Shown here: positions 42,905-54,316 of the stretch, piece after piece
How positions within the stretch are numbered: the stretch's first letter is position 1
Layout: each line of letters starts with the position of its first letter
Assembly: GCA_012295275.1 (NCBI GenBank)
Contig: CM022679.1
Location: 10,168,001 to 10,232,000 of the forward strand
Length of the DNA: 64,000 nucleotides
Source of the DNA: Chrysomallon squamiferum
Taxonomy: Eukaryota > Animalia > Mollusca
Direction of reading: 5' to 3'
Made by a program: the position numbers and the translations under genes
Notes under the pieces: model-generated
The model's input: only the letters and a program-made list of their open reading frames with translations
Told to the model about the DNA's origin: nothing
The model's database searches: none

Positions 42905-42959
42905 ATTTGAAATTCCTAAAATTTTCAAAACTGAATATTTTCTCTCACTCATTCATTTT

Positions 42960-43335
42960 GAGATATATTCCCGTACGTTGATATCACCACGTCTATCGAA
43001 TCACCTGCTGAAATATTCGAACCAGGATAGGCGCGAATACAGCTGCGTTGAAACGCTGGTAACTTCACTGATTCTTTGTGTGCCGTCTCGCCGGTAACAA
43101 ATTACTTTCCATTTCTGTATGAATGCGCTTTTCGGAATATATTTTCAGTCAAAATAATTAAATAATCCACGGTACACAACTTTCTTATTTCTCACCTGGA
43201 CAATTAAACCTTGTCCCTTTTTTTCTCTTTTAGAGAAATGCTCTACGCCTGCGCATGTCACGACCAATCAAAGGCTCCGTTACAATATCTCACCTAATGT
43301 TTGCCGGTGTGGTGGACCTCTTTAAGGCCCTATAT
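42960..43335 (-). promoter_or_regulatory. Putative Caskin promoter and 5' UTR
   Basis: Local CpG enrichment directly upstream of exon 1; clustered NRF1-like TGCGCATG (43250-43257), GTCACGA (43257-43263) and CCAAT (43264-43268). TSS not determinable. Confidence 0.6.
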
Positions 43336-43920
43336 GGGAAACATAGTGTTTTTTTCTTTTAATTATTAATTTTGTTTTTGTTTATTTATAGTTGATATTA
43401 ATCACAGCAGGAGTTTTTTTTTTCTTTCCTTCCTTTGTCTTTTTTTTTTTCTATTTATTTTTCTATTTTTTAATTTTTAATTTTAATTTTAATTTATTTT
43501 TTATTATTATCACTACTAATTTAAAAAAAAAGAAATTATATTTGTACTTGACAGTTGTAAGTATGAAATTTCTTAATTAATTACCATTTGACTATAGTAT
43601 TCATTCATTCATTCATTTAGTAAGTTGGGTTGTTTCAGGAGGGTTTTTTTTTTTTTTTTTTTTTTTTTTTGTGTTCTTCTTCTTTATTTACTGTTAACTA
43701 ATCTTCAAGGATTATTATTATATTTATTATTTCTGAGAGACTGGATGGCACATATCATTATGTTTAACCTGCTTAAAACCTAGTCACGATTTTGACTTTT
43801 CTTACAGTTGTAGTAATTTTTTAAGGAGTCATTGTACACTGATATATTATATTACATCTAAACTGGTGCAAATGAACTAGGCAGACTAGATCCTGCATTC
43901 TGTCACACATGAAGCCATAC

Positions 43921-44531
43921 AAATTACAGTCAAGTCTTCATGTCAGGACTCTGAACACAAAAATATAGTCAACTCTTCAAGCCAGTACTCTAAACTTAAA
44001 ACTACAGTCAACTCTTCAAGCCAGGACTCTAAACATCAAACTGTAGTCAACTCTTCAAGCCAGGACTCTAAACATCAAACTGTAGTCAACTCTTCAAGCC
44101 AGGACTCTAAACTCAAAACTAGAGTCAACTCTTCAAGTCAGAACTCTAAACACCAAACTGTAGTCAACTCTTCAAGTCAGAACTATAAATATAAAACTAC
44201 AGTCAACTCTTCAAGCCAGGATTCTAAACACAAAACTATAGTCAACTCTTCAAGCCAGGACTCTAAACATCAAACTATAGTCAACACTTCAAGCCATTAC
44301 TCTAAACTTAAAACTATAGTCAATACTTCAAGCCATTACTCTAAACATCAAACTATAGTCAACACTTCAAGCCATTACTCTAAACATCAAAACTACAGTC
44401 AAACTCTTCAAGCCATTACTCTAAACTTAAAACTACAGTCAACTCTTCAAGCCAGTACTCTACACACAAAACTACAGTCAAACACTTCAAGCCTGAACTG
44501 TAAAAATAAAACTACAATCAAATCTTCAAAA
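43921..44531. repeat. 39-bp minisatellite, ~15 copies (AGTCAACTCTTCAAGCCAGGACTCTAAACATCAAACTGT)
   Basis: Unit starts 43967, 44006, 44045, 44084, 44123 etc.; contiguous units with no unique spacers. Confidence 0.95.
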
Positions 44532-44749
44532 CCACGTAAGTACAGAGTGTGGTGTTTTTGTATTGTGTGCTATTACAGTGAAACCTGCTACTGTAATCTA
44601 AGTTGAGTGATTAACTTAATGAGGTGTTACCTACCCTGGCTTGAGTTCAGTGATTAACTAATGACCGTTACACAAGTGCTAATCATTCTGTAATCTGAGT
44701 TCAGTGTAAGCTGTAGTGTCAGTCTGCAAATCTGCAGAGTAGACGTCAT

Positions 44750-44750
44750 C

Positions 44751-44786
<36 letters not shown>

Positions 44787-44970
44787 ATATGTGCATATGA
44801 GTGTGTCTGAATGTGTGTGTGTATGTGTGTATATGTGTTTGTGTCTATGTGTGTAAGTGTGTGTGTGTATGTGTATGTGTGTGTGTGTGTCTGTGTGTGT
44901 ACTATCTGTGTATATCAGTGTGTCTATATGTAAATGTGTGTGTGTGTGTTATGTGTGTGTGTGTCCCAAT

Positions 44971-45015
<45 letters not shown>

Positions 45016-45090
45016 TGTGAATGTATATAATGTAATGTATGAATGTAAGTGTATATTTATCTGTGTATGTATGTATATATATATATGTAA
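44750..45090. repeat. Interrupted (TG)n microsatellite
   Basis: Seen directly. Confidence 0.9.
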
Positions 45091-46151
45091 TGCTGGAATG
45101 TGTTATATATAATATATTTGAATTATGTGTTTTTTTTATTTTTTAAATTTAAGATGACATTCATTTCTTTTTGGGAATTATGTTAACCATAATGAGAGCA
45201 TCTCCATTTAGGAAATTTTTGATGTGCATCTGAAGGTTATCAGATGTTAAAAGGAGAAACTTTATATTTAAGATTATTTTTTTATTATTTATTCTTTATT
45301 TATTATTTGTTGTTGTTGTTGTTGTTCTTCTTCTTCTTCATGTTTTGTTATTATAGTAATAATAATTATTATTATATTATTATTTTAAATAATTATTTTG
45401 ATTCAGAAATTAAAATAATAGGCATATTTTCTAAGATTAAATAAATTCAATTCATCTTTTTTTATATAAATATATATATATGTATATATATATATAGACT
45501 GAGATGACTAATGACTCAAGAGTTACTCCCCTTTCCATTCAATCCTTTTTTTTTTCTAAGTTTTATAATAAAACTAATAGTAATAATATTAAATACACAC
45601 ACATAAATAGTCATGTTTCATATCCATACAACTAGAAATACACATGCGCACATGCACACACAAATATATAATTTTAAAACCTATTCTTATAACCTTGGCA
45701 ACATCGTATGCCAACAGTTAAACCAATATATCAGCACATGGCCTTCCTCTCTTCTGGTCTGAGCAGACGTCAATTAGTTTCAATTCAGGCACAGAATCTG
45801 ATAGCTAATTTGATTGGTACAAATTATACCTCGCTGTAACAGACTCACTGCATTAACCTTGACTCATCTGATAAATGTTGTCTGAATTCCTCTTAATTTG
45901 TACAAATTAAACATCAAAACCAGTGAATCCAGCATTCCAGGAAAAAACAGAAATGTTTTGAAAAAATAGTTAACATCTTAATTCCGGTGTTACATATGAC
46001 ACATTGATGATAATATCAAAAAACATATGAAATGGGTAAACCCTGAACTGATGTTTTGGATGTGCCACATCAATGTTGGGAAAAAGTTAACCCCTTAACT
46101 CCTGTATCATGTATGACACATGATTTAGAGACAATATCAAAATTATATATA

Positions 46152-46187
<36 letters not shown>

Positions 46188-46261
46188 GTAAATTATAAAC
46201 ATGAAATCCTTTGAAAAATATAATTTTAATATAAAGCTTCACATTTATTACTGTATTATTG

Positions 46262-46295
<34 letters not shown>

Positions 46296-46636
46296 TTATT
46301 ATGAGTTTAAATTTGTGTGTGCACACATTTGCAAGTACACATGCTTTTGTCTGTATATGTATGTAAGTATGTATATATGCATGTACGTATGTATGTGTGT
46401 ATGTACGTATGTACATATGTTTGTATGTATGTATGTATTTTTTATGTGTTGTGTGTATGTATTACACTTGTATTATGTATGTAACTATGTATGTATGTAT
46501 CTGTATATGTATGTACGTACGTATGAAAAAGAAAAGAAACACTGAGAATTTTCAATCCATATTTTTTATTAATTGTCATATAAAAATGAGTACTCCCTGA
46601 TCTTACATCCTGCACTACCTGCCTCTGCTACAGTGG

Positions 46637-46698
46637 TTAACCCTTTCACTTCTGTGTGTCACGTTGCCGATGGACAATACAGTCAGTGAAAGGGTTAA
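46637..46698. mobile_element. 54-bp piggyBac-like MITE with TTAA target-site duplication
   Basis: TTAA|CCCTTTCACT...AGTGAAAGGG|TTAA: perfect 10-bp inverted termini. CCC/GGG ends and a TTAA TSD are piggyBac hallmarks. Confidence 0.65.
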
Positions 46699-46779
46699 AA
46701 AAAAAAAAAAAAGGAGGGGGGGAATAAGTTATGTGATTGATTTGTTTGGCTCAGGTATAATAAATCCACTCTTTAATGC

Positions 46780-46844
<65 letters not shown>

Positions 46845-47358
46845 TTTTTTTTTTTTTTTTTTTTTATTATTATTGTTTAATATTTTCAGTTCTGTTTTAA
46901 TATTTTGCTGCAAGCACTTTAGCTTCTGGGTTCAAATCTCAAAATTAATTAAAATAATTAAAAAAAACACAAAAAGTCCAACAGATTCTGCAAAACTGTT
47001 TCATATTTTCATTATTATTCTCACTTAAATAGTGCTAATACAATCAAACTGAGTAAGGTAATAATAAATAAATATGTAATATTTAACTCTATCATATTCG
47101 TTATGCAATACTGTGATACATATCATAAATGTAGTCATTTTATATAAATTATTATCCATACATTCACTTTACGATTATTATCTGATTTCATTTACTATTT
47201 GTTTTTAAACATACAAATAATGTAACAATAATAATAATTTTAAACTGCATTTTATAAAAGTGGATTTATTATGAAAAAAAGCCAACATTATCAGGTTTAA
47301 TTGAATCTGATGAAAATCAGTTGAGCAAATTAAAATAATAACAATAATAATAATAATC

Positions 47359-47397
<39 letters not shown>

Positions 47398-48997
47398 TGT
47401 GGATGAATGAACCAAATATACAAAACTGAAACCAATGTTTTTAATAAAAAGCATGCAGACATATAAAAACAAGTATGGTTTTACAATAAAAGTTATTTTA
47501 ATTTTTTTTTTTACATTTTCCTTCTGCATTTCGGTAGCTAAAATACAGAACAAGCGAAAATAAACTTTTTGGCAAAGCAAAGTGAGAACAAAAATGACTA
47601 AAAATATATTCTTGTGACCAAGATTAAAATGTTAAATATTTTGAACGTTTACTTGAATTTAAACATAAGCAACATGCTAGTTTGAGAAAATATACTCAAT
47701 TTTTCAGCTTATGGATGTTTTCTAATGATTTAAAAAAATTAAATATGCATCTCTTTATTCATAAAGTACAAAAAATGGAATAATATTTTGTTATTTTGGT
47801 AAACTCCAAGTTTATTTGTTTAGTGGTAGGTAAAAAAAAAAAAAGAAAATGTAAACAATTTATACTACTCATTGATCTTAATAAATGTGTAATTACTATA
47901 TATATGAACTTTTATTCCACCTCCCATAAATAAATAAATAAAAGTTTCTGGCTATAAAAACATGTAGATTAATCTTTAGTGGGGCTTTTTTTTTCTCTTT
48001 TTATATTTAATAAAAATGAACAATTTCTTTTCTCTTGATAATAATTTTTCAAAAATTAAACTGAAACTCTTTGACAATAATAACTTTTTACCTTAAATAA
48101 TTCAGTTGTTTGTTATCTTTTCAAAGAGCAGCCTTAATATATATTTTTTTATATACCTACCACCAAACAGTAAAATTAAAGTTGCAACCTTGTTCATAAA
48201 TAAATAAACATTTGGTAAAATTTGACAGTCTGCTGATATGTAACTTTTAAAAACAATTTTATATATGTATATATATATAATATGATGTATATATTAATAA
48301 ATAAAAATTTGTAATCTATAAAGAGTAAACAAATGTTTATTAAAATGAATCACATTAAAATATTGCACAAATTTTAAATTCCTAAATATTATGGTTAGAG
48401 ATCAGCTGGGGTTTTATTTTTAAATTATTTTTTATTTATTTATTTATTATTATTAGCTTTTCCCCGATTTTTATATAAAAAATTATATATATTTTTATAC
48501 AGGCAATAATAATAGCAAATTATTTAATAAATGATTTAATAAGTTTTATAATAATTTTATTTTTAGACCAGAAAAATGGCTCATTACAGTTTTGAATTTC
48601 AAAGACCATGGTATGTGTTGCTCTGTAAGCATCCAGAAAATAATTTATGACAATAATTAAAATAATAATAATAATAATAATTTCATTTATCTAAATTTTA
48701 GATAATACGGAAAAAAAACCAAAAAAAACCCCAATATTATTAAAAATAATAATAATTAAAATTAAAATAAAGAAAAAAATATAAACAATTTAAATAAAAT
48801 AAATAAATATGTAAATGGAAATAGAATTTTCTTTCCAATAATTGTATTATTAACATTGCATATAATTGTGTAAGTTAAAGAACACAGAACTTTCTTTGAT
48901 CTTTACAACTGATTTATATTCAACAAAATAATTTGATATCTCCAACAAAATTATTTTTATTTACCTCAGCTGATATGTAACCATAGGCATTAATAAT

Positions 48998-49029
<32 letters not shown>

Positions 49030-49572
49030 TTTAAATAAACAACTAGGACAAAAACATAAATATACAAATGAACCAGATGTAATGAATTTAAAAAAAAAAA
49101 AAACAAGAGAGAGATAATTCAAATATTTACAAAAGAATAAATAATTTTAAAAAATGGAAAGAAATGAAATGAAATGAAATAAATACATAGGCTCCTAATA
49201 AACAAATAAATAAATAAATAAATAAAAACATAGGCTCTTACTAAATAAATAACTACATCCCTGGTAGATAAAAAATAAACATTATGCAAGGTAAATAAGT
49301 TAATAAGTTAATGATAAATTCATGAATAAGATCTGTCAACTATCTCTTTAGGCGGGTTATGCATGACCTTGTAGAATAAGTTAATCAAATCAGTTTATGC
49401 AGTGAGTACTACAATTTATACAACCAATCTATAAAACTATAGATATCACGAACTTTGTAATGAAGGCATTAGGGGGTGCAGACCACAATTGACAAATCGG
49501 TTGCCGTTTAAAAAATGAAAAATTTTAAAAACATAGAGAAAGAAATGAAATAAAAACACAAAGAATGAAAAG

Positions 49573-49610
<38 letters not shown>

Positions 49611-51834
49611 AGAAACACATTTTCACAAAGAAACCAGTCATTTCTGTGTGTTTACTATCACATTGGTGTTTTTTTATATTTTTTTTAAAACAAAATCTTT
49701 TATGTCTGAGCTACAAGATTTATGTTCTGTGTTGTACATGTTGAACAAATATACAAGAATAAATTTAACAACTTCTGTTGTTGACGATAACGATGATGAT
49801 GATGATGATGATGATGTGGTGATGATGATGATGATGATGATGGTAGTAGTCATGATGGTGGTGGTCTATTGTGTTAGCTGGAGCTATCATTAATTTTTTT
49901 ATTTAAATTTTTTTTTTTATAACTGTTTTTCTCATTTTAAAAATATAAATTTATTTATTATCATGAACTAATTTCTATTTCATAAATATACTCTTAATTT
50001 TTAATTAATTCTCCAATTTCTAGAATTAATATTGTTCTCACTATGATTATTGTTATTACTAAATATTATTTTATTATTGTTATTAATTTTTTTTTTCACT
50101 TTAAATAACAACAAAATAAATGGTTTATTTTAGGTCACTTAATTTATATATCTGCCACCAAAATTATATTGAAGATTAGGTAACAGTAGCTTTTGAAATA
50201 AATGGAACAATTTTATAAAACAGACTGAAATAATAAAAAAAAAAAAAAAAATAAAAAATATAGTTATAAAAAAATAAATTAATAAAAAAAAAAAAAAAAA
50301 AAAAAATAAATTAAAATAAAATATACAAACAAAATCAACAAAGAAAATGGAAGAAAGAAGTGAAGAAAGAAAGAATTAGTTTTAAATAAATTAATTGCAT
50401 ATGGGATAATATTAATATTTACATTTTGTTTTAACTATTTGTGAAAGAATTGGTAGAAAGAACTGTGGAATTGGCCAAAGATCATTTAGTTCAGTGGCCA
50501 TACTATATTCTGTACAGACCAAGAGATGATACCTGCATTTCCCTAGGGACAATACAGTTATTTATTATACAGTGTTATTTCACAAACGCACAGGATTTAT
50601 GATCCTGAGGATATCATGTTACTGAAAGGATTATTATTGTTATTCAAATACTATTTGGCTCCAACAGACTTCTGTCTTGGGCAGAGGTTTTGCCAGTGAT
50701 ATGAAGAATGGTTGAACAGTTTTTTTTGATAGAAGCCTATTACAGGCTCGAGCCAATGTTTAATATGAAAATAACAGATTGCTATTGTGTTTTAAATCAG
50801 TGAAATTATTTTTTATTTGGTTTTTAATTTTCAGATTTTTTAATTTAATTTATATTTTATTAATTTTTATTATCTCTTTATTCTCAGAACCTAGATAACT
50901 AGCATTATAATAATTATTATTATATCCAGGTTCATAATTCACATAAAACTGGTGCATAATCAATGTATTTACCAGTTGTTGATAGATATTTAGTTAATAT
51001 CATTTCTATAGAGCCAGTTGGTAAAACAGTGATATGGACATGTTATATAGTCAGTATAACATTGAAATACAGTGCTTTATTTTCTACTTAAAGATGGGAA
51101 AAGTAACAGTTACTATCTGATGCATATATGTGTATATAATTAAGATTTGATATTAATAATAATTTTTGGTACCATAAAAAAATTAAAAATTAAATGATAA
51201 TAATAAAAATAGTAATAATAAACAACTTTTTACATTATTTGTTTATGCTGAAATTCTTATTTCAGAACTATTATTTAGCTCTCTGGTAATATAAAAATGT
51301 TTATTAAATATATTATCTCCTACATACTTAATTTAAAAAATTATTAATAGTTACTGAAGTGGTTTATAATCTAGCTACTAGATGTTTTGTAAAAAATTAG
51401 TTTTTTTTAAAGAGAAAACACACTTTTAGAATGTATTAAGATGAAAAAAAAATTCTTCAAATTATTCATAATGACAGAAAAAGAAAGAAGAAAAAAATGA
51501 AGATAATGAAGGTATGAAATGCTGGACCTCAGAAGGTAAGAAGATGTATTGTTTAACACAACAACATTTTTACAGGTGTTCATAACATTTTAGGTTACCA
51601 AACATGACTAAGGTGAAAAAATAGTTGCTTTTGTTGTTGTTGTTGCTGTTGTTTTTTGTCGTTTTTTTTATCTCTCTCTCCTTTACAGTTTGCAAGTGAT
51701 TGAAAACAATATTCATTGACATACATTTTGGCATTATGTACAAAAACTTTGTATAGAAACAACACATATTCAAGTGTCTGACTATGCACTACATATGGAC
51801 ATAAAAATAAGTGAGAAAACATTTGTCTGGGATT

Positions 51835-51873
<39 letters not shown>

Positions 51874-52058
51874 ATATAGACTTACATGAAAGACATCATG
51901 TGATTGTTGTCACAGTGAGGGCTGTACAAAGTTTTAAATATTTTTTGTTTTTTTTTTTTCGTTTTGCATTTTCCCATCTTTTTCTTTTTATTCTCTGTAA
52001 ATTCAAGTATTTTTGTTGTAAACTGGTATTGTCATACAAACCAACAATATATATTCAC

Positions 52059-52094
<36 letters not shown>

Positions 52095-52482
52095 TGTTGT
52101 TTTTTTTCCTTGTTCACATCAGCATGCACCAGAATACATTGTATACTTGTACAGTTTTTCTTTCTCCCAGCTTGTTCCAACAAGGTGATTTGCCGTTGAT
52201 AGAAATCTTGTTCAGATCACAATCATACAGTGTTTTGCATTTACAGTTAACGGCACTAAAACACAAGCTTCTGTGTAGTACAGCTTGATTATTTCAACAT
52301 GTATCACAATAATCTCTCCACTTTCTCAACCATTCTCAGCTTCTTATTTCTCTTTGTCTCACTCTCTTTCACACACACACAGACACACACTCATACATAC
52401 ATACACATTTCTAGACATTCGCACATAAATATAATTTTTAAAAATGTACACAAAATTTAGAAAATTGATTAGTCAATTCTTG

Positions 52483-53777
52483 TCAAACGTATTCCTGGTG
52501 CTCAGTGTCTGTCAGCTGGTCGCTGTATCCTATTGCACCAAGAAACCAGGATGAATCAGAATCTGCTGGTCCATCGGAGGACACTCCGGCAGCATCGCAG
52601 TCACTTGCAACGCTGGCAACGTCAGAGTTGTCACCAACAGACAAGAAAGAATTGTCACACGGTTTGCCCGGATTCGAAGAAACTTCGCCAAGTTCAAAAC
52701 TGGAATTGTCAACGCCAGGGTGACATATTTTCACTTCAGGCACAAGAACATTAACTCTTGTTGCCTCTTGACCAAGAGTATGAGTTACCTGCCCCAGGTG
52801 CTTGGAATGGCTGCAGACAAGATCACTGTCTGTTGTCATGGAGCAGTTGGGAGATTCTGAGACTAGGTTAGAGTCTGAGTTTGATGACTCGAGGAAGCTG
52901 TCATCGTGACTTTCTGATGCATAGGAATTCAGAGTGGGTTTCACATCATCATCCTCTTCAGTGTCGCCCGTGATGTTCTTCACTTCGGCATCACAGGCAG
53001 CCTCCAGCTCTGCCCAGTCAGAAATGAGAGAGTCGTCCAAGTCAGACCCAGTCTCCCCACTGCTGTGTTGATTTGCACTTTCCTTGGGAACAGTTTTTGG
53101 AATCAGTTTTATCATCGGAACTTGCTCATCAGTTTTGGCTGCCTCTGTGCCATTGCTGCTCATTTGTGGAACAGGAGCAGTAGCAGCAGCAACAGCAGCA
53201 GCAACAGCAGCAGCAACAGCAGGAGACGATGCCCTGGAATTAGTCCTTGCAGTGTACTTATCCCTGAATCTGCTGTATTTCGCACCACTGCTTTTACTCC
53301 TCAGAAGAATCCTTTTGTGAAGGCTTGGCCTGGGCGACTGGTAGCCAGACACCTCCTCAACGTGCCACACATTGTCCTCTGCTTGCTGTAGTGTGGGATT
53401 CGACTTGGAGATCACTTGAGAACGAGGCTTCACCGAGCCCAGCTCTTCCTCCTCGACCAGCAGAGAAGGGACACTTCTGTTGAGCTGGGAATCGGGACTG
53501 GTCTCCACGCGATCCTGCTTCACGAGGGGCTTCCTCCGCGAACTGCGAGACTGACTGTCCGACCTTGAGCTTTTGGGAGTGGAATACACTAATGCTGAAG
53601 AAGGTGTCTCTGGATGTTCCTCCAGAGTTCTGAGAGAGCCGCTGGGCGAGGTAGAATGCACTATGACAGAAGGTTTGCTGCTCGATGATCCTGGACTCTT
53701 ACACTGAATGGTGATTCCTCCCGGGTTCTGAGACTCCATACTTACGACTGTCACCTGTATTTTTGATGGGGATGAAT
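52483..53777 (-). CDS. Cav3 (CACNA1G/H/I): Cav3 T-type Ca2+ channel terminal coding exon (long disordered Ser/acidic C-tail)
   Basis: Contains the 423-aa ORF with coding-like GC content. The acceptor cttctctttag|AT at 53777 is phase 1, matching the upstream exon (…DDQ-N-SSPSKIQVTVVSM…). TGA at 52483-52485. Confidence 0.85.
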
Positions 53778-53847
53778 CTAAAGAGAAGTAGTGATAAGAT
53801 TAAAGGTGGTATATAAATTAACTGTAATGTCAAAAAAAAAAAAATAA

Positions 53848-53879
<32 letters not shown>

Positions 53880-54180
53880 ATGAAGATGATCATGATCATG
53901 ATAATGATGATTATAACAACAACAGCAATATATTAAAAAATGGATAATTTCTTACACTATGTTACTTATACATACACTCATAAAGTTTAAGTAACAGTAA
54001 TAATAATAATAATAATAATATAACAAAAATGATTATTTTTATTTTATTATTATTATTAGTAGGATATTCTATTTGTTTCTTATTACATTTTTTTTATCAA
54101 CATCATCATCATCATTATTATTATTATTCACTGATATTTTCACAGTTTTTGAATGATGAATTCTGGATGATAACACTCAC

Positions 54181-54316
54181 TTTGATCATCACCAGCTGAC
54201 TGTTCCTCACTAGGTGGCCTAACGCTGAATGTGAAATTAGGTAAATTCTGCGAATCGTTGTCCTTATTGTTCCCTGCATTGGCTGCTTCATCTTCGTCTG
54301 CATTTTCTATAGCCTC
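54181..54316 (-). CDS. Cav3 (CACNA1G/H/I): Cav3 C-tail exon
   Basis: 136 nt, ttgctag|GAG...A|gtgagt. EAIENADEDEAANAGNNKDNDSQNLPNFTFSVRPPSEEQSAGDDQ; LPNFTF..RP recalls the Cav3 SLPNDSYMFRP motif. Confidence 0.8.

Noticed and set aside
43921-44531. CRISPR-like appearance of the 39-bp array
   Set aside because: Units are contiguous with no unique spacers, no cas genes, and the context is eukaryotic.
47000-52482. Cav3 polyadenylation site
   Set aside because: AATAAA occurs many times in this AT-rich DNA, so the 3' UTR end cannot be placed.
52505-53391. Plus-strand ORFs antisense to the Cav3 terminal exon (also 61367-61711 and 62038-62295)
   Set aside because: Shadow ORFs of GC-richer coding sequence.
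52483-53754. 423-aa ORF as an independent single-exon gene
   Set aside because: It starts at GTG and has a phase-compatible acceptor linking it to upstream Cav3 exons.
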